A DNA stretch of 64,000 nucleotides from an uncultured Actinomycetota bacterium (GCA_963829525.1 CAWHIJ010000003.1:608001-672000), one strand, 5' to 3'; shown: positions 29,626-40,385, counted from the first letter of the stretch. Notes: generated from the letters alone by a model not told the origin. Made by a program: numbers and translations.

Positions 29626-29993
29626 TGGAGAGCCAGACCCCGGCAGACGGTCCAGCACCGACGCCCGATCTCCCCGAGCCGACCGAGGGTGACCCATGGA
29701 CGGCTCGGCACCCGGTTGCGACCTACTCGCTGGGCCGGGTTGTGCTCTTTGTCGTCCCCTTCGCAGTGCTCTACTTCCTGGCCGACATCCTGACCGCGGT
29801 GCTGGTGGCCTTCCTCATCTCGGCAGTCGCGAGCATCTTCCTGCTACGCAAGCAGCGTGCAGCACTTTCAACCTCGATCGCCACACGGGCTGAGCGGGCG
29901 AACCAGAAGATGGCTGCGCGTGCCGCGGCTGAGGATGACTGGGATGACGCACAGCGCGGTGAAGCCGATGGTTCAGACAGCCGCGCGGACTGA
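29622..29993 (+). CDS. DUF4229 membrane protein
   Basis: YSLGR..LF, S..LL.KQR and two TM segments; typical neighbour of menA. Confidence 0.8.
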   Translation: MMESQTPADGPAPTPDLPEPTEGDPWTARHPVATYSLGRVVLFVVPFAVLYFLADILTAVLVAFLISAVASIFLLRKQRAALSTSIATRAERANQKMAARAAAEDDWDDAQRGEADGSDSRAD

Positions 29994-31226
29994 CTGCTCG
30001 ACAAGCGGCTCGGCCAGCGGCCGCTCGTCGAGCCGCTTGAGCGTCGGTGCCACCGACGCCAGGATTGCCAGCAGCACCGCGGCCCCGGCAAACACCCCCA
30101 GCGCAGCTGGAACGCCGAACGTCTCGACGAGGATTCCTGCCAGAACATATCCGATCGGGTAGATGCCGTAGGCGAGGGCCGTCACCACTCCCATCGCCCG
30201 TCCCCGCATGGTCTCTGGCGTCCGCCGCTGCAGGGCCAGGTTGATGATGGGGTTCATCGGCCCCAGCAGAATGCCGCCAGCAAAGCCGGCAGCGATCATG
30301 ACGCCGGTCTCGGGCCAGATCGCGAAGACCACGAGCGACAACGCCGCCCCCCAGAGAGCGACGGCAAAGGTGCCGCGAGGGTGGGAGTGGTGACCGAACG
30401 AGCTGTACAGCAGGGCCCCAATCACACCGCCGAAGCTGAAGGCCATGACGATCGCCCCGAGGCCGACGGGATTGTCCTCCGCCTGGTAGATCACTGGAAG
30501 AACGATGCCGATGACCGGGTAGGCGATACCGACGACGCCGGTCGACAGGAGCACGACGGTGCGCAGTGGTGCGTCCCCGAATACCAGTTTGAGTCCGTCC
30601 AGAGTGCCCGACCAGAAATAGGGGCGATCGTCGTAGTGGGGCCGTCCGGCGCCCGGCACATGGACGAAGGCCAGCAGCACCGCCGAGGCCACGAAGGCGA
30701 CCGTCATGGCCCAGAAGGCGGACTCGACTCCGATCGTGGCAATCAGGCCAGCACCGACAGCAGGGCCGACGAGGAACGCCAGCCCCCACACCGCTTCGTG
30801 GATGCCGTTGACGCGCTCGAGGCGCATCCCGGTTGCGCGCGAGACGCCGGTGAGCATTGACTCGCGAGCGGTGACGCCCGCCGGGTCGAAGACAGCGCCG
30901 AGGACAGCGAGGACAAGCACCCACGTGAAGGTGAGCCCTGTCGTCAGCGCGACGATGGGGATCGCGGCGACGGCGACAGCCGACATCAGGTCGCTGAAGA
31001 CCGACGTGCGCCGGCGTCCCACGGTATCGACGATGGTGCCGGAGAAGAGCGACGCAAAGAGAGTGGGGACGCCGCTGACGAGGGCGACCAGACCTGCCGC
31101 GTCAGCACGGCCGGTCAGATCGAGGACGAGCCATGGCAGGGCAACCATGGAGACGCCGTTAGCGAGACCGGCCAGCAGCGTCGACCCCTCGAGGGCGACG
31201 AAGGGCATGATGCGGGCGCGCGTCAT
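29973..31226 (-). CDS. MFS efflux transporter (Tap/H+ antiporter-like)
   Basis: ALPWLVL, GTIVDTVGRRR, ERVNG and LQRRTPETMRGR. ATG 31226 overlaps the TetR stop. Confidence 0.9.
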   Translation of the reverse strand: MTRARIMPFVALEGSTLLAGLANGVSMVALPWLVLDLTGRADAAGLVALVSGVPTLFASLFSGTIVDTVGRRRTSVFSDLMSAVAVAAIPIVALTTGLTFTWVLVLAVLGAVFDPAGVTARESMLTGVSRATGMRLERVNGIHEAVWGLAFLVGPAVGAGLIATIGVESAFWAMTVAFVASAVLLAFVHVPGAGRPHYDDRPYFWSGTLDGLKLVFGDAPLRTVVLLSTGVVGIAYPVIGIVLPVIYQAEDNPVGLGAIVMAFSFGGVIGALLYSSFGHHSHPRGTFAVALWGAALSLVVFAIWPETGVMIAAGFAGGILLGPMNPIINLALQRRTPETMRGRAMGVVTALAYGIYPIGYVLAGILVETFGVPAALGVFAGAAVLLAILASVAPTLKRLDERPLAEPLVEQSVRAAV

Positions 31227-31789
31227 GGCGAGCTCGTCGGAGGGGTGGCGATGCCGTGCACGATGGTCGTCATGACGAGGCGTGGGGCGTCCTGGAGCCA
31301 GATACGTCCCTCGTCTGCGGTGTCCCAGGCGGTCAGGATGGCGCCGGCGTAGGCGTCGACTACCCACTTGACCGGAAGGTCGTCGCGGAGCGTGCCATCG
31401 GCTTGGCCGCGCTCGATTGCCTGCGCGACCGGTTCGAGGGCTTCGTACCAGCGGCGGATGAGATCGCGGGCGTTGTAGACCTCGGGCTCTGCGTGCAGGA
31501 AGGACAGGCTCGGCCCGAGCGGGACGACGGTGTCGGTGACCCGCTGAAGGGCGTCGACGACCGGACCCTGGTCGGGGTGTGCACTGGCGATGGCGTCGGC
31601 CACGCGGTCAAGGGCGTCCTCGACGAGGGCACGAATGAGCAGCTCGCGGGTGGGGAAGTAGCGGTGAAGCGTCGTGCGTCCGACCCCGGCGGTGGTGGCG
31701 ACCTCGGAGAGGGACGCCGAGCTGTCCTTGCTGAGCACGACGACAGCGGCGTCGAGCAGCGAACGACGGGTGCGGTCGGGGCGTCCCAT
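31223..31789 (-). CDS. TetR/AcrR family regulator
   Basis: ASLSEVATTAGVGRTTLHRYFPTRE HTH. Start uncertain. Confidence 0.92.
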   Translation of the reverse strand: MGRPDRTRRSLLDAAVVVLSKDSSASLSEVATTAGVGRTTLHRYFPTRELLIRALVEDALDRVADAIASAHPDQGPVVDALQRVTDTVVPLGPSLSFLHAEPEVYNARDLIRRWYEALEPVAQAIERGQADGTLRDDLPVKWVVDAYAGAILTAWDTADEGRIWLQDAPRLVMTTIVHGIATPPTSSP

Positions 31790-31813
31790 TGTTCTCTCCG
31801 GGGTTCGGTCCGC

Positions 31814-31854
31814 ATGGGACACTGAGGTTCCGTAATGGAACATTGATGCTCCAT
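31814..31854. promoter_or_regulatory. Tandem imperfect palindromes, probable TetR operators
   Basis: ATGGGACA-CTGA-GGTTCCGT and ATGGAACA-TTGA-TGCTCCAT immediately upstream of tetR. Confidence 0.65.
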
Positions 31855-31903
31855 AATACGGGAGTGCAGCAACAACGTCCACTCGATCCCCAGAGGGGGT
31901 GCG

Positions 31904-32809
31904 TCAGGTGAGCGCGAGACCGAGGCCGAGAGTGAGGCCGTAGCCGAGCTGGATCACGCCGGTTGTCTGCAGCACAGGGATCAAGTCACGCCCTGAAGCA
32001 CCGCCGAGAACGGCTCCCACTGGCGGGGCGACGGGAATGAACGCCAACAGCGCCCACAGCGCAGCAGGTGTCCATCCGACGGATGCCACGACGACCACCA
32101 CCAGCGCGCTCGCCAGCAGGGCAACGTACAGGAAGCGGGTGCCTCGGTCGCCGAGTCGCACGGCGAGCGTCCGCTTGCCGGCCACTGCGTCCGTCGGGAT
32201 GTCGCGCAAGTTGTTGACGACCAGCAGCGCACAGGCAAGCGCGCCGACCCCGGATGCCACCAGGAGCGCCAGCCACGACCAGGTCAGGGTCTGGATGTAG
32301 GTCGTCCCCATCGTTGCCACCAGGCCGAAGAAGAGGAAGACACTCACCTCGCCGAGCCCGCGATAGCCGTAGGGCGAGCGACCCCCGGTGTAGTACCAAG
32401 CCGCCGTGACGCATGCCACCCCAACACCGAGCAGCCACCATTCGGTCGTCAAGGCGACGATGACGAGTCCTGCGACTGCCCCGGTCGTGAAGCAGATCAA
32501 CGCCGCACGTTTGACGACCGCTGGTGCTGCGATCGCTGCTGCAGTCAGCCGCATCGGCCCGACGCGCTGCTCGTCGGTACCGCGCACGCCGTCGCTGTAG
32601 TCGTTGGCGTAGTTGACGCCGACCTGGAAGGCCAGGGCCACCACGAGTGCGAGCGCAGCCAGCGCGTAGTCAACGCTGTCGTAGTAGGCCGCGACTCCGG
32701 TCCCTGCTGCGACGGGTGTAACGGCGGCAGGCAGCGTGCGCGGTCGCGCGCCTTGCCACCACTGCCCCGGCGTCGCCATCGTCTGCCCTCTCGTCGAACC
32801 GGTGGTCAT
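31904..32809 (-). CDS. menA: 1,4-dihydroxy-2-naphthoate polyprenyltransferase
   Basis: GARPRTLPAA, NYANDYSDGVRGTD and NNLRDIPTD..GKRTLAVRLG. Confidence 0.96.
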   Translation of the reverse strand: MTTGSTRGQTMATPGQWWQGARPRTLPAAVTPVAAGTGVAAYYDSVDYALAALALVVALAFQVGVNYANDYSDGVRGTDEQRVGPMRLTAAAIAAPAVVKRAALICFTTGAVAGLVIVALTTEWWLLGVGVACVTAAWYYTGGRSPYGYRGLGEVSVFLFFGLVATMGTTYIQTLTWSWLALLVASGVGALACALLVVNNLRDIPTDAVAGKRTLAVRLGDRGTRFLYVALLASALVVVVVASVGWTPAALWALLAFIPVAPPVGAVLGGASGRDLIPVLQTTGVIQLGYGLTLGLGLALT

Positions 32810-33966
32810 CGTGCCAGTACGGCAGCAAGATGGCGTGCTGCGGGCCGGTCCGGTTTCCCGCTGGCCAACATTGGCAGCGCCTCCAGCGTTACCACTTCTC
32901 GCGGTAGCCACTCCGCTGGAAGCGCACTTCGGCATGAGGAGCGGACGGTGTCCAACTCGATCGAGACGCGAGCGCTTACCAGCGCAACCACCCGTTGACC
33001 CCATTCCTCGTCGAGGACGCCGACGACGATCACAGCGGTGACTCCCGGCACGGCGAGTAGGGCTCGTTCCACCGCCTCAGCCGGCACGTTCACGCCACCG
33101 CTCACGATCACGTTGTCGACTCGGCCCTGCACCTGGAGAAGTCCGTCCTCGAAACGTCCGAGGTCGTTGGTGGTGAACCAACCGTCGGCTGGGGGCCCGA
33201 CCTCGCCCAGGTAGCCGTCGAACAGCATCGGCCCGGCGATCTTGATGCGGCCGTCAGTGGTGATGGCGAGGTCCACATCCGGCAGCGGGACCCCGTCGTA
33301 GACGCAGCCGCCGCAGGTCTCGGTCATGCCGTAGGTGCTGACGACCGTGACCCCCGCACCGGATGCGCGCATCAGCAGGTCATCGGAGGCAGCAGCACCA
33401 CCGACCAGGACTGCGTCGAGCTGCCAGAGTGCTTCCACAGCCGCACCGTCGTCGAGCAGCCGTTGCAGCTGCGTGGGCACGAGGGCGGTGTAGTGCGGTT
33501 GCTCTGAGCTGGCGACGTCCATCGACGCCACTGCCTCTGCGAAGGCGGCAGCTGTGAAGCCGCTCGCAGTGTCGACCACGGCCGGGTCGAGGCCCGCGCG
33601 CAACGACCGGACCAGTACTTGTAGCCCGCCGATATGCGTAGCCGGCAGCGCAAGCAGCCAGCGTCCGGGACCGCCAATTGCCTTGTGGGTGGAGTCGGCG
33701 GAGGCTTTGAGAGCGGCAGCTGCGAGCAGCGCCAGCCGGGGGGACCCGGTGCTACCCGATGTCGGGACGGCAAGGGCAACACCGTCGGGCACCGAGATAC
33801 CGGCCCCGGCCTCTCGGAGTCGATCGCGTTCGGTGCCGGATCTCGGAAGTGGTAGAAGCGGGGCGTCACCCGTGAGTGCGGCGGAGAGCCGGGGAAGGAA
33901 GGTTGCTACAGCAGCACTATCTGGGGCATCCACTAGCTCGAGGACGTTAACTGCGGCGGTGGTCAC
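32806..33966 (-). CDS. menE: o-succinylbenzoate-CoA ligase
   Basis: TSGSTG, HIGGLQV, LVPTQL, TYGMTETCGG and SGKPDR; lies in the men cluster. Confidence 0.92.
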   Translation of the reverse strand: MTTAAVNVLELVDAPDSAAVATFLPRLSAALTGDAPLLPLPRSGTERDRLREAGAGISVPDGVALAVPTSGSTGSPRLALLAAAALKASADSTHKAIGGPGRWLLALPATHIGGLQVLVRSLRAGLDPAVVDTASGFTAAAFAEAVASMDVASSEQPHYTALVPTQLQRLLDDGAAVEALWQLDAVLVGGAAASDDLLMRASGAGVTVVSTYGMTETCGGCVYDGVPLPDVDLAITTDGRIKIAGPMLFDGYLGEVGPPADGWFTTNDLGRFEDGLLQVQGRVDNVIVSGGVNVPAEAVERALLAVPGVTAVIVVGVLDEEWGQRVVALVSARVSIELDTVRSSCRSALPAEWLPREVVTLEALPMLASGKPDRPAARHLAAVLAR

Positions 33967-34060
33967 CTGTGCATTGTTGCGCCTCGCACGTCAGTGAGCC
34001 GGGCGGGCAACGTCCACGCCGCGCCCGTACGCTGGGAGCCGATCGGAGAGGAGCCCCGCG

Positions 34061-34960
34061 ATGACCGAGCAGACTGGCCAGCAAACTGACCCGCCTGGGC
34101 ACCCGGACGCCGTCACCACCATCAAGTCCGGCGCCGACTGGGTCGGGGCCGGCGACTACTCCGACATCGAGTATCACGTCGCCGAGGGCATCGCGAAGAT
34201 CACCATCAACCGCCCCGAGGTGCGCAATGCGTTCCGTCCGCAGACGCTCTTCGAGCTGACCAGTGCCTTCGACCGCGCCCGCGACGATGACGAGGTCGGC
34301 GTCATCATCCTCACCGGCAAGGGCGACAAGGCGTTCTGCTCAGGCGGTGACCAACGCATCCGGGGCGATGATGGCTACATCGGTGACGACGACGTCGCAC
34401 ACAAGGGAATCGGACGGCTCAACGTTCTCGACCTGCAGGTACAGATCCGTCGGACGCCGAAGCCAGTCGTCGCGATGATCGCCGGGTACGCCGTCGGGGG
34501 CGGTCACGTGCTGCATGTGGTGTGTGATCTGTCGATCGCCGCCGAGAACGCCCGGTTCCAGCAGACCGGCCCCAAGGTCGGATCCTTCGACGGTGGGTAC
34601 GGCTCCGGACTGCTGGCCAGGCACGTCGGGCAGAAACGAGCCCGCGAGATCTGGTTTCTGTGTCGCCAGTACGACGCAGCAACTGCGCTGGACTGGGGAC
34701 TTGTCAACGCTGTCGTCCCGATTGAGGAGCTTGAGATCGAGACGGTGCAGTGGTGCCGCGAGATGTTGCAACACTCACCCCTCGCCCTGCGGATGCTCAA
34801 GGCGTCCCTCAATGCTGCTGACGACGGTCTGGCCGGCATTCAGCAGCTGGCCGGCGACGCGACGCTGCTCTTCTACATGACTGAGGAAGCGCAAGAAGGA
34901 CGGGATGCCTACGTTGCCAAGCGCAAACCCGACTTCGGCAAGTTCCCGAAGCGTCCGTAA
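34061..34960 (+). CDS. menB: 1,4-dihydroxy-2-naphthoyl-CoA synthase
   Basis: [18 protein letters not shown] and [12 protein letters not shown]. Confidence 0.97.
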   Translation: MTEQTGQQTDPPGHPDAVTTIKSGADWVGAGDYSDIEYHVAEGIAKITINRPEVRNAFRPQTLFELTSAFDRARDDDEVGVIILTGKGDKAFCSGGDQRIRGDDGYIGDDDVAHKGIGRLNVLDLQVQIRRTPKPVVAMIAGYAVGGGHVLHVVCDLSIAAENARFQQTGPKVGSFDGGYGSGLLARHVGQKRAREIWFLCRQYDAATALDWGLVNAVVPIEELEIETVQWCREMLQHSPLALRMLKASLNAADDGLAGIQQLAGDATLLFYMTEEAQEGRDAYVAKRKPDFGKFPKRP

Positions 34961-34962
34961 CA

Positions 34963-35955
34963 GTGCAAGTGCTGCCGTCCGTCGACGACCTGCTGGACGG
35001 GGCCATCGGTTTCGCCGTCCCGCTCAAGACGACTTTCCGAAGGACGCGGGTGCGCGAGGGGCTGTTGATCCACGGGCCGACCGGCTGGGGGGAGTTTGCA
35101 CCCTTCCCGGAGTACGAACCTGCTCAGTGCGCCCGCTGGCTTTCGGCCGCGATCGAGGCGGCGTGGATCGGTTGGCCCGACGCCGTGCGCGAGACCGTCC
35201 TCGTCAACGCGATCGTCCCCGCAACCGATGCTGAGACCGCCGGACGCTTGGTGCACGAGTCCGGCTGCTCCACAGTCAAGGTGAAAGTCGCCGAGCCCGG
35301 ACAGTCGCTCGACGACGACATTGCTCGGGTTGCTGCAGTACGCGACGCGCTCGGCACTGCAGGCCGCATCCGCGTCGACGCCAACGGGGCCTGGACCACC
35401 GAAGAGGCGGCGGCGGCCCTGCAGGCGCTGGGCGAGTTCGATCTCGAGTACGTCGAGCAACCATGCGCGACGCTCGTCGAGTGCGCAGCACTCCGCCGCA
35501 TCATTGGCCTTCCCGTCGCCATCGACGAGGCGCTCCGCACCGCTGACGACCCGCACCACGTCGTCGGTCTGCGTGAGGGGGCTGACCTCCTCGTGCTCAA
35601 GGTGCCTCCGCTCGGCGGTGTCGGCCCCGCGCTCGCCGTGGCCGGCTCTTATGGACTGCCCTGCGTCGTGTCGTCGGCCCTTGATACCTCCGTCGGCCTG
35701 TCAGCTGGTCTGGCGCTGGCGGCGTCCCTGCCCGAGCTCCCCTACGCCTGTGGGCTCGGCTCGGGTCGGCTGCTGAGCGGCGACGTGACGACCGACCGTC
35801 TCATCCCTGCGGACGGCGAGCTGCGCGTCCTGCGGAGCTCGCCGACCCCCGACACTCCAGAGGATGCGGCGATGTCGGCTGCCCGGTTCACCCAGTGGCG
35901 ACAGCGCCTGGCCGAGGCCTATGACGCGCTCATCGGCGACGGAATGCGTTCGTAG
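34963..35955 (+). CDS. menC: o-succinylbenzoate synthase
   Basis: KVKVAE, RVDANG, YVEQP, DE, K..PLGG and SSALDTS. Confidence 0.93.
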   Translation: MQVLPSVDDLLDGAIGFAVPLKTTFRRTRVREGLLIHGPTGWGEFAPFPEYEPAQCARWLSAAIEAAWIGWPDAVRETVLVNAIVPATDAETAGRLVHESGCSTVKVKVAEPGQSLDDDIARVAAVRDALGTAGRIRVDANGAWTTEEAAAALQALGEFDLEYVEQPCATLVECAALRRIIGLPVAIDEALRTADDPHHVVGLREGADLLVLKVPPLGGVGPALAVAGSYGLPCVVSSALDTSVGLSAGLALAASLPELPYACGLGSGRLLSGDVTTDRLIPADGELRVLRSSPTPDTPEDAAMSAARFTQWRQRLAEAYDALIGDGMRS

Positions 35956-36097
35956 GAGATGCGCTCAGACTGAGCGGGGAGATCAATCGCGATGTCCCTC
36001 GATCCGCCGATCGAGTGGGCACTTCATCCGGTCGATACAGTCAGAGCGTCGTCATCGGGCACCCGATGAGCCGGATGCGAACGGTCGAGAGGCAGCC

Positions 36098-37804
36098 ATG
36101 AACCCGTCCACCGCGCTGGCCACGGTGCTGGTCGACGAGCTGCTCCGCTGTGGCATGCGCGAGGCGGTCCTGGCACCGGGGTCGCGGTCCACGCCACTTG
36201 CGCTGGCGCTTTACGAGCTGGAGGCCGAAGGTCGGGTGCGCCTCCATGTGCGCATCGACGAACGGAGCGCCGGATTCCTCGCCCTGGGTCTCGCGAAAGC
36301 ATCCGGTACACCGGTCCCGGTCGTGACCACCTCGGGTACTGCAGCGGCCAACCTGCACCCGGCCGCGATCGAAGCCGATCAGTCCGGCGTTCCGCTGCTG
36401 CTTCTCACCGCCGACCGTCCCCCAGAGCTGCGCTCAACAGGCGCTAACCAGACGATCGACCAGGTCAAGCTTTTCGGGGACTCCGTGCGGCTGTTCGCCG
36501 AGGTAGGCGCCCCCGAGCGGGTCGTCGGGCTGACCGCCTATTGGCGCGCACTGACCGGACGTGCATGGGCCGCTGCACTCGGCGCGCTCACCCGAAACCC
36601 TGGGCCAGTGCATCTGAACGTAGCGTTCCGCGAGCCTCTCGTCCCCGATGGCGACTTCGACTGGCCTGAGCCGCTCGGCGGACGCGAGCACGGTGCACCC
36701 TGGACCGCCGCGGAGGTACCGCTGACGATGGCGCCCAGCGTCCGAATGCCTGTCCGCACCTTGGTTGTCGTTGGTGACACAACTCCTGCGATGGGTCGCG
36801 CTGCATCGGTTCTGGCCGAGGAGCACGGGTGGCCAGTCATCAGTGAACCCAGCGGAAATGCGCGACGTGGTCCGAATGCGATATCGATGGGTGGTTCGCT
36901 GCTCGAGCTCGGTGCGTTCATGAACGCCGCCCGACCCGACCACATTCTCGTGGTGGGTCGACCGACCCTGTCCCGCGCGGTGCTGGCGCTGCTTCGCGAC
37001 CCACGCTCAGCTGTGTCAGTGGTTGCAACGACCGCGAACTGGGCGGACGCGACGCGTACCGCCGCGCAGGTGCTGCCGGCTCTCCCGGCTGCCGACGGCC
37101 ACCATGAGCCAGATGTGGAGTGGCTCTCGCTCTGGCAGGGGGCCGAGCATGCCGCGCGTGCAGCCCTGGACGAAGTCCTCAATGACGAAGAAGCTGCTGA
37201 GCTGGGGCTGGCTAGCTCGCTCTATAGCGCGCTGCCAGCTGACGCGTTGCTCTTCCTGGGTTCATCCATGCCGGTGCGCGATTTCTTTTCCGCCGCAGCA
37301 CCACGCGACGGCGTCACGGTGTTCGCCAATCGTGGTGCCGCTGGAATTGACGGCACCGTTTCTACCGCACTGGGTGCGGCACTGGCCTGGCAGCGTGACG
37401 GCGGGGGCCGGGCTTTCGCGGTGATGGGGGATCTCACCGCACTGCACGATGCCAACGGGCTGCTCCTCGGTCCTGACGAACCTGAGCCGGACCTCACCCT
37501 GATCGTCGTCAACAACAACGGGGGGGCCATTTTCGGCTTGCTTGAGCAGGGCGCTGAACAGTACGCCGATGCTCACGAGCGCGTCTTCGGGACGCCGCAC
37601 GGCGTCGACTTTGCCGCCTGGTGCGGAGCGACTCAGACGCCGCATACGCGCACCGCGTCGGTTGGTGCTGCGCTCGATGCCGCGCTGGATCCCCGTGGTG
37701 GGGGCATCCGTGTCGTCGAGATGCGGACCGACCGCGCAGCCGTTGCCCGAGTGCGCTGGTCTCTGCGCACGGTCATCGACCAAGCGGTGACCCCGCTGCT
37801 CTGA
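36098..37804 (+). CDS. menD: SEPHCHC synthase
   Basis: MNPSTALA, PGSRSTPL, DERSAGF, NRGAAGIDG and GD..NNNGG.IF. Confidence 0.96.
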   Translation: MNPSTALATVLVDELLRCGMREAVLAPGSRSTPLALALYELEAEGRVRLHVRIDERSAGFLALGLAKASGTPVPVVTTSGTAAANLHPAAIEADQSGVPLLLLTADRPPELRSTGANQTIDQVKLFGDSVRLFAEVGAPERVVGLTAYWRALTGRAWAAALGALTRNPGPVHLNVAFREPLVPDGDFDWPEPLGGREHGAPWTAAEVPLTMAPSVRMPVRTLVVVGDTTPAMGRAASVLAEEHGWPVISEPSGNARRGPNAISMGGSLLELGAFMNAARPDHILVVGRPTLSRAVLALLRDPRSAVSVVATTANWADATRTAAQVLPALPAADGHHEPDVEWLSLWQGAEHAARAALDEVLNDEEAAELGLASSLYSALPADALLFLGSSMPVRDFFSAAAPRDGVTVFANRGAAGIDGTVSTALGAALAWQRDGGGRAFAVMGDLTALHDANGLLLGPDEPEPDLTLIVVNNNGGAIFGLLEQGAEQYADAHERVFGTPHGVDFAAWCGATQTPHTRTASVGAALDAALDPRGGGIRVVEMRTDRAAVARVRWSLRTVIDQAVTPLL

Positions 37805-37964
37805 CGCCTTGTCGGCCTGCGGGCTGCCCAGCCTTGCCGAATGTGTGGGGCGATCAGAGGCTATCGGCCCTCCTCATCGGTGCGCAGGGGGCTTACGGTG
37901 GGAGTGATGGCGTGCCGATGGCGGCGGCTTTCACCGCCGGGAGCCCCGTCGGGGGAGGTGAGTC

Positions 37965-38651
37965 ATGCGGCTCTCCCGACGCGGGGCGAGACTCTTCGCG
38001 GCTCTTCTCACCACCGTTCTGGTCGTAGGGTGTACTGCGTCCGAACCCGCGGCGACCGAGTCCCCCGAACCGACCCGGGCCCCCACGTCCGCTTCCCCGA
38101 CCGACTCCGCGTCCCCGACCGACTCTGCGTCACCGTCCCGAAGTCAGTCGACGTCGCCCACTCCGAGCACCTCCCCGACCCCGCCGCCGTTGCCGATGAT
38201 CGGATGGGGTGACGGCAAGTATCCGGTTCCGTGCTTCACCCGCACGCCGACCGTGAGATTCGAGGACGGGAAGGCCACCTACCGTGGATTCCAAGTGACC
38301 GCCCGAGTGGTCGCGAGGGGTGATCTCGCTTCCTACGAGTCGGTGTCGATCCACATCGTGTGCGAGGGTGCCAGCTCTAGCCCGAGTTCGGTCCTGGTCT
38401 ACGTCGGCGCTCTCGACGGCCCCAAGTACGTGGGTCTGGCCCTGACACCGGAGGAGTACATCGACCTGAAGAGGGCTAGGTATGTCGATGAGGAGCTCGA
38501 GCTGACCGGCTACGGCTTCACGCGACGCGCTCCGCTGTGCTGCCCGGACCTGCTCGTCACCAAGACGGTCGCGCTGCAGGACGGGGAGCTGGTCAAGACC
38601 GGGCTGACCAAGGAGCCCTACAAGGACAAGAATCCCGTGGGGGATGGCTGA
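37965..38651 (+). CDS. Hypothetical lipoprotein with S/P/T linker and CCP motif (LppP/LprE-like)
   Basis: GGAGG RBS, LVVGC lipobox, SASPTD repeats and APLCCPD. Confidence 0.7.
   Translation: MRLSRRGARLFAALLTTVLVVGCTASEPAATESPEPTRAPTSASPTDSASPTDSASPSRSQSTSPTPSTSPTPPPLPMIGWGDGKYPVPCFTRTPTVRFEDGKATYRGFQVTARVVARGDLASYESVSIHIVCEGASSSPSSVLVYVGALDGPKYVGLALTPEEYIDLKRARYVDEELELTGYGFTRRAPLCCPDLLVTKTVALQDGELVKTGLTKEPYKDKNPVGDG
38088..38141 (+). repeat. Three 18-bp tandem units (SASPTD) in the lipoprotein linker
   Basis: TCCGCTTCCCCGACCGAC / TCCGCGTCCCCGACCGAC / TCTGCGTCACCGTCCCGA. Confidence 0.75.
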
Positions 38652-38653
38652 GT

Positions 38654-39628
38654 TCAGCCGACCTTGGCCTTGCGGGTCTCCTCGATGATGGCCGGAAGCA
38701 CCTTGCCAATGTCGCCGATGATGGCGTAATCGGCGTAGCCCATGATCGCTGCCTCGGGGTCGGTGTTGATGACGATCATCGTCTTGGAGTTACGACAGCC
38801 GGCGATGTGCTGGGTCGCACCGCTGATGCCACAGGCGATGTAGAGGTCGGGTGCCACCTTGGTGCCGGTCTGCCCCACCTGCTCGGTATGCGGTCGCCAA
38901 CCGTTGCCGGTGACGACGCGCGAACACCCGATCGTGCCGCCAAGGAGCTCGGCGAGCTCTTCGAGTGGAGCAAAGCCATCAGCGCTGCCGACGCCGCGCC
39001 CACCTGAGACGATCACTTTGGCGTCGGCCAGCGACACACCGGTGGACTCCTCGGCCGCAGCTGCCGGCTTGGCAATCACGAGCAGGTCCGCGTCCGACAG
39101 TTGTGGCGTGAACTCTGCAACGGTTCCGGCGCCAGCCCCATCAGGCTCGGCGACAATCGTGTGCGGAACCAGGCTGACCAGTGCTGGCGAGCCGTGCAGG
39201 TTCGCCTCCTCCATGAGGCTGCCGCCCCATCGAGCGCGTTCCACCTTCGTCGGCGACCCAGGGGTGACCTTGACGCAGTCGGCGGCTACGGGCAGGTCGG
39301 TGATGGCACCCAGGTGGGCCAGCACCTCGTTTCCGCGCGGTGATCCGGTTGCCAGGACCACCGATGCCTCGGTGCGCGAGGCGACCTCGGCGGCTGCGCG
39401 CGCCGACGCAAGTGGGGCGTAGTCGGTCAGCCGGTCATGGACGGCGATATGCACGGTCGCGACGCCGTGCGCTGCGAGGGCCTCCGCAACTCCGCTGCCG
39501 TCGGCGCCGACGACCAGAGCATCGAGAGACTCACCGGTCGACGCCGCGAGCGCGCGTCCGTACGTGACGGCTTGAAGGGACAACTCGTCGAGCTGTCCAT
39601 GGTCGTGGTCGACAAGAACCAGCACCAT
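38654..39628 (-). CDS. etfA: Electron transfer flavoprotein alpha subunit
   Basis: VSGGRG, QVGQTG..V.PDLYIACGISGATQH and INTDPEA. Confidence 0.96.
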   Translation of the reverse strand: MVLVLVDHDHGQLDELSLQAVTYGRALAASTGESLDALVVGADGSGVAEALAAHGVATVHIAVHDRLTDYAPLASARAAAEVASRTEASVVLATGSPRGNEVLAHLGAITDLPVAADCVKVTPGSPTKVERARWGGSLMEEANLHGSPALVSLVPHTIVAEPDGAGAGTVAEFTPQLSDADLLVIAKPAAAAEESTGVSLADAKVIVSGGRGVGSADGFAPLEELAELLGGTIGCSRVVTGNGWRPHTEQVGQTGTKVAPDLYIACGISGATQHIAGCRNSKTMIVINTDPEAAIMGYADYAIIGDIGKVLPAIIEETRKAKVG

Positions 39629-39629
39629 C

Positions 39630-40385
39630 TCAGATCACTCCGATCTGCTTGAAGATCTCGACGACAGCAGGAGCAGCCTCGGGGCCATTGCCCAGGACCT
39701 GCGCCTGCTTGGCCTCTGTGACCGGAACCTCGAGCCTGGTCTTCTCCAGCTTCGACTCCGGGCGCTCGGGGTTGCGGTGTTCGATCGGCTTCTTCTTCGC
39801 GCGGATCCGGCCGGGTACCGACGGATAGCGCGGGATGTTGAGACCGTCGAGCACGGTGACGACCGCGGGCAGGGGCACCTCGTAGAACTCGCGTCCGGTC
39901 TTCACCGGGCGCTCGAAGGTGGCCTTGCCCTCCTCGACCGTGATCCCCTTCACGCCGGTGACGATGGGGCGTCCCAGCTTGTGCGCCACCCGGATCCCGA
40001 CCTGGTAGCCGCTGGCGTCGGCCGACTCGTTCCCCATGATGACAAGGTCGAAGTCGCTCTCGTCCTCGTTGATCGCCTCGGCGATGGCTGACGCCGTCGC
40101 CTGAGGGTCCCACTCCTGGCCGTCGGTCTCGATCAGGATTCCGCGATCGGCGCCGATCGCCATCTGCTCGCGGATCTGCTCTTCGGCCTCAGGCGGACCG
40201 AGGGTGAGCACAGTGACGCTGCCGCCATGCTTCTCGACAATCCGCACCGCTTCCTCGACCGCCACCTCTTCGTGCGGACTGATCGTGAAGCCGAGCTTGG
40301 CCGTCTCTATGTCGCGGCCGTCCTCGGTGATCGTGAACTTGCCCCCGGAAAGGGGGACGCGCTTGATGCAGACCATTACGTCCAT
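39630..40385 (-). CDS. etfB: Electron transfer flavoprotein beta subunit
   Basis: VCIKRVP, AVEEA, GADRG, GNESAD and PRYPS. Confidence 0.95.
   Translation of the reverse strand: MDVMVCIKRVPLSGGKFTITEDGRDIETAKLGFTISPHEEVAVEEAVRIVEKHGGSVTVLTLGPPEAEEQIREQMAIGADRGILIETDGQEWDPQATASAIAEAINEDESDFDLVIMGNESADASGYQVGIRVAHKLGRPIVTGVKGITVEEGKATFERPVKTGREFYEVPLPAVVTVLDGLNIPRYPSVPGRIRAKKKPIEHRNPERPESKLEKTRLEVPVTEAKQAQVLGNGPEAAPAVVEIFKQIGVI

Noticed and set aside
38088-38141. Tandem repeats as a CRISPR-like array
   Set aside because: In-frame 18-bp linker repeats with no spacers and no cas genes.
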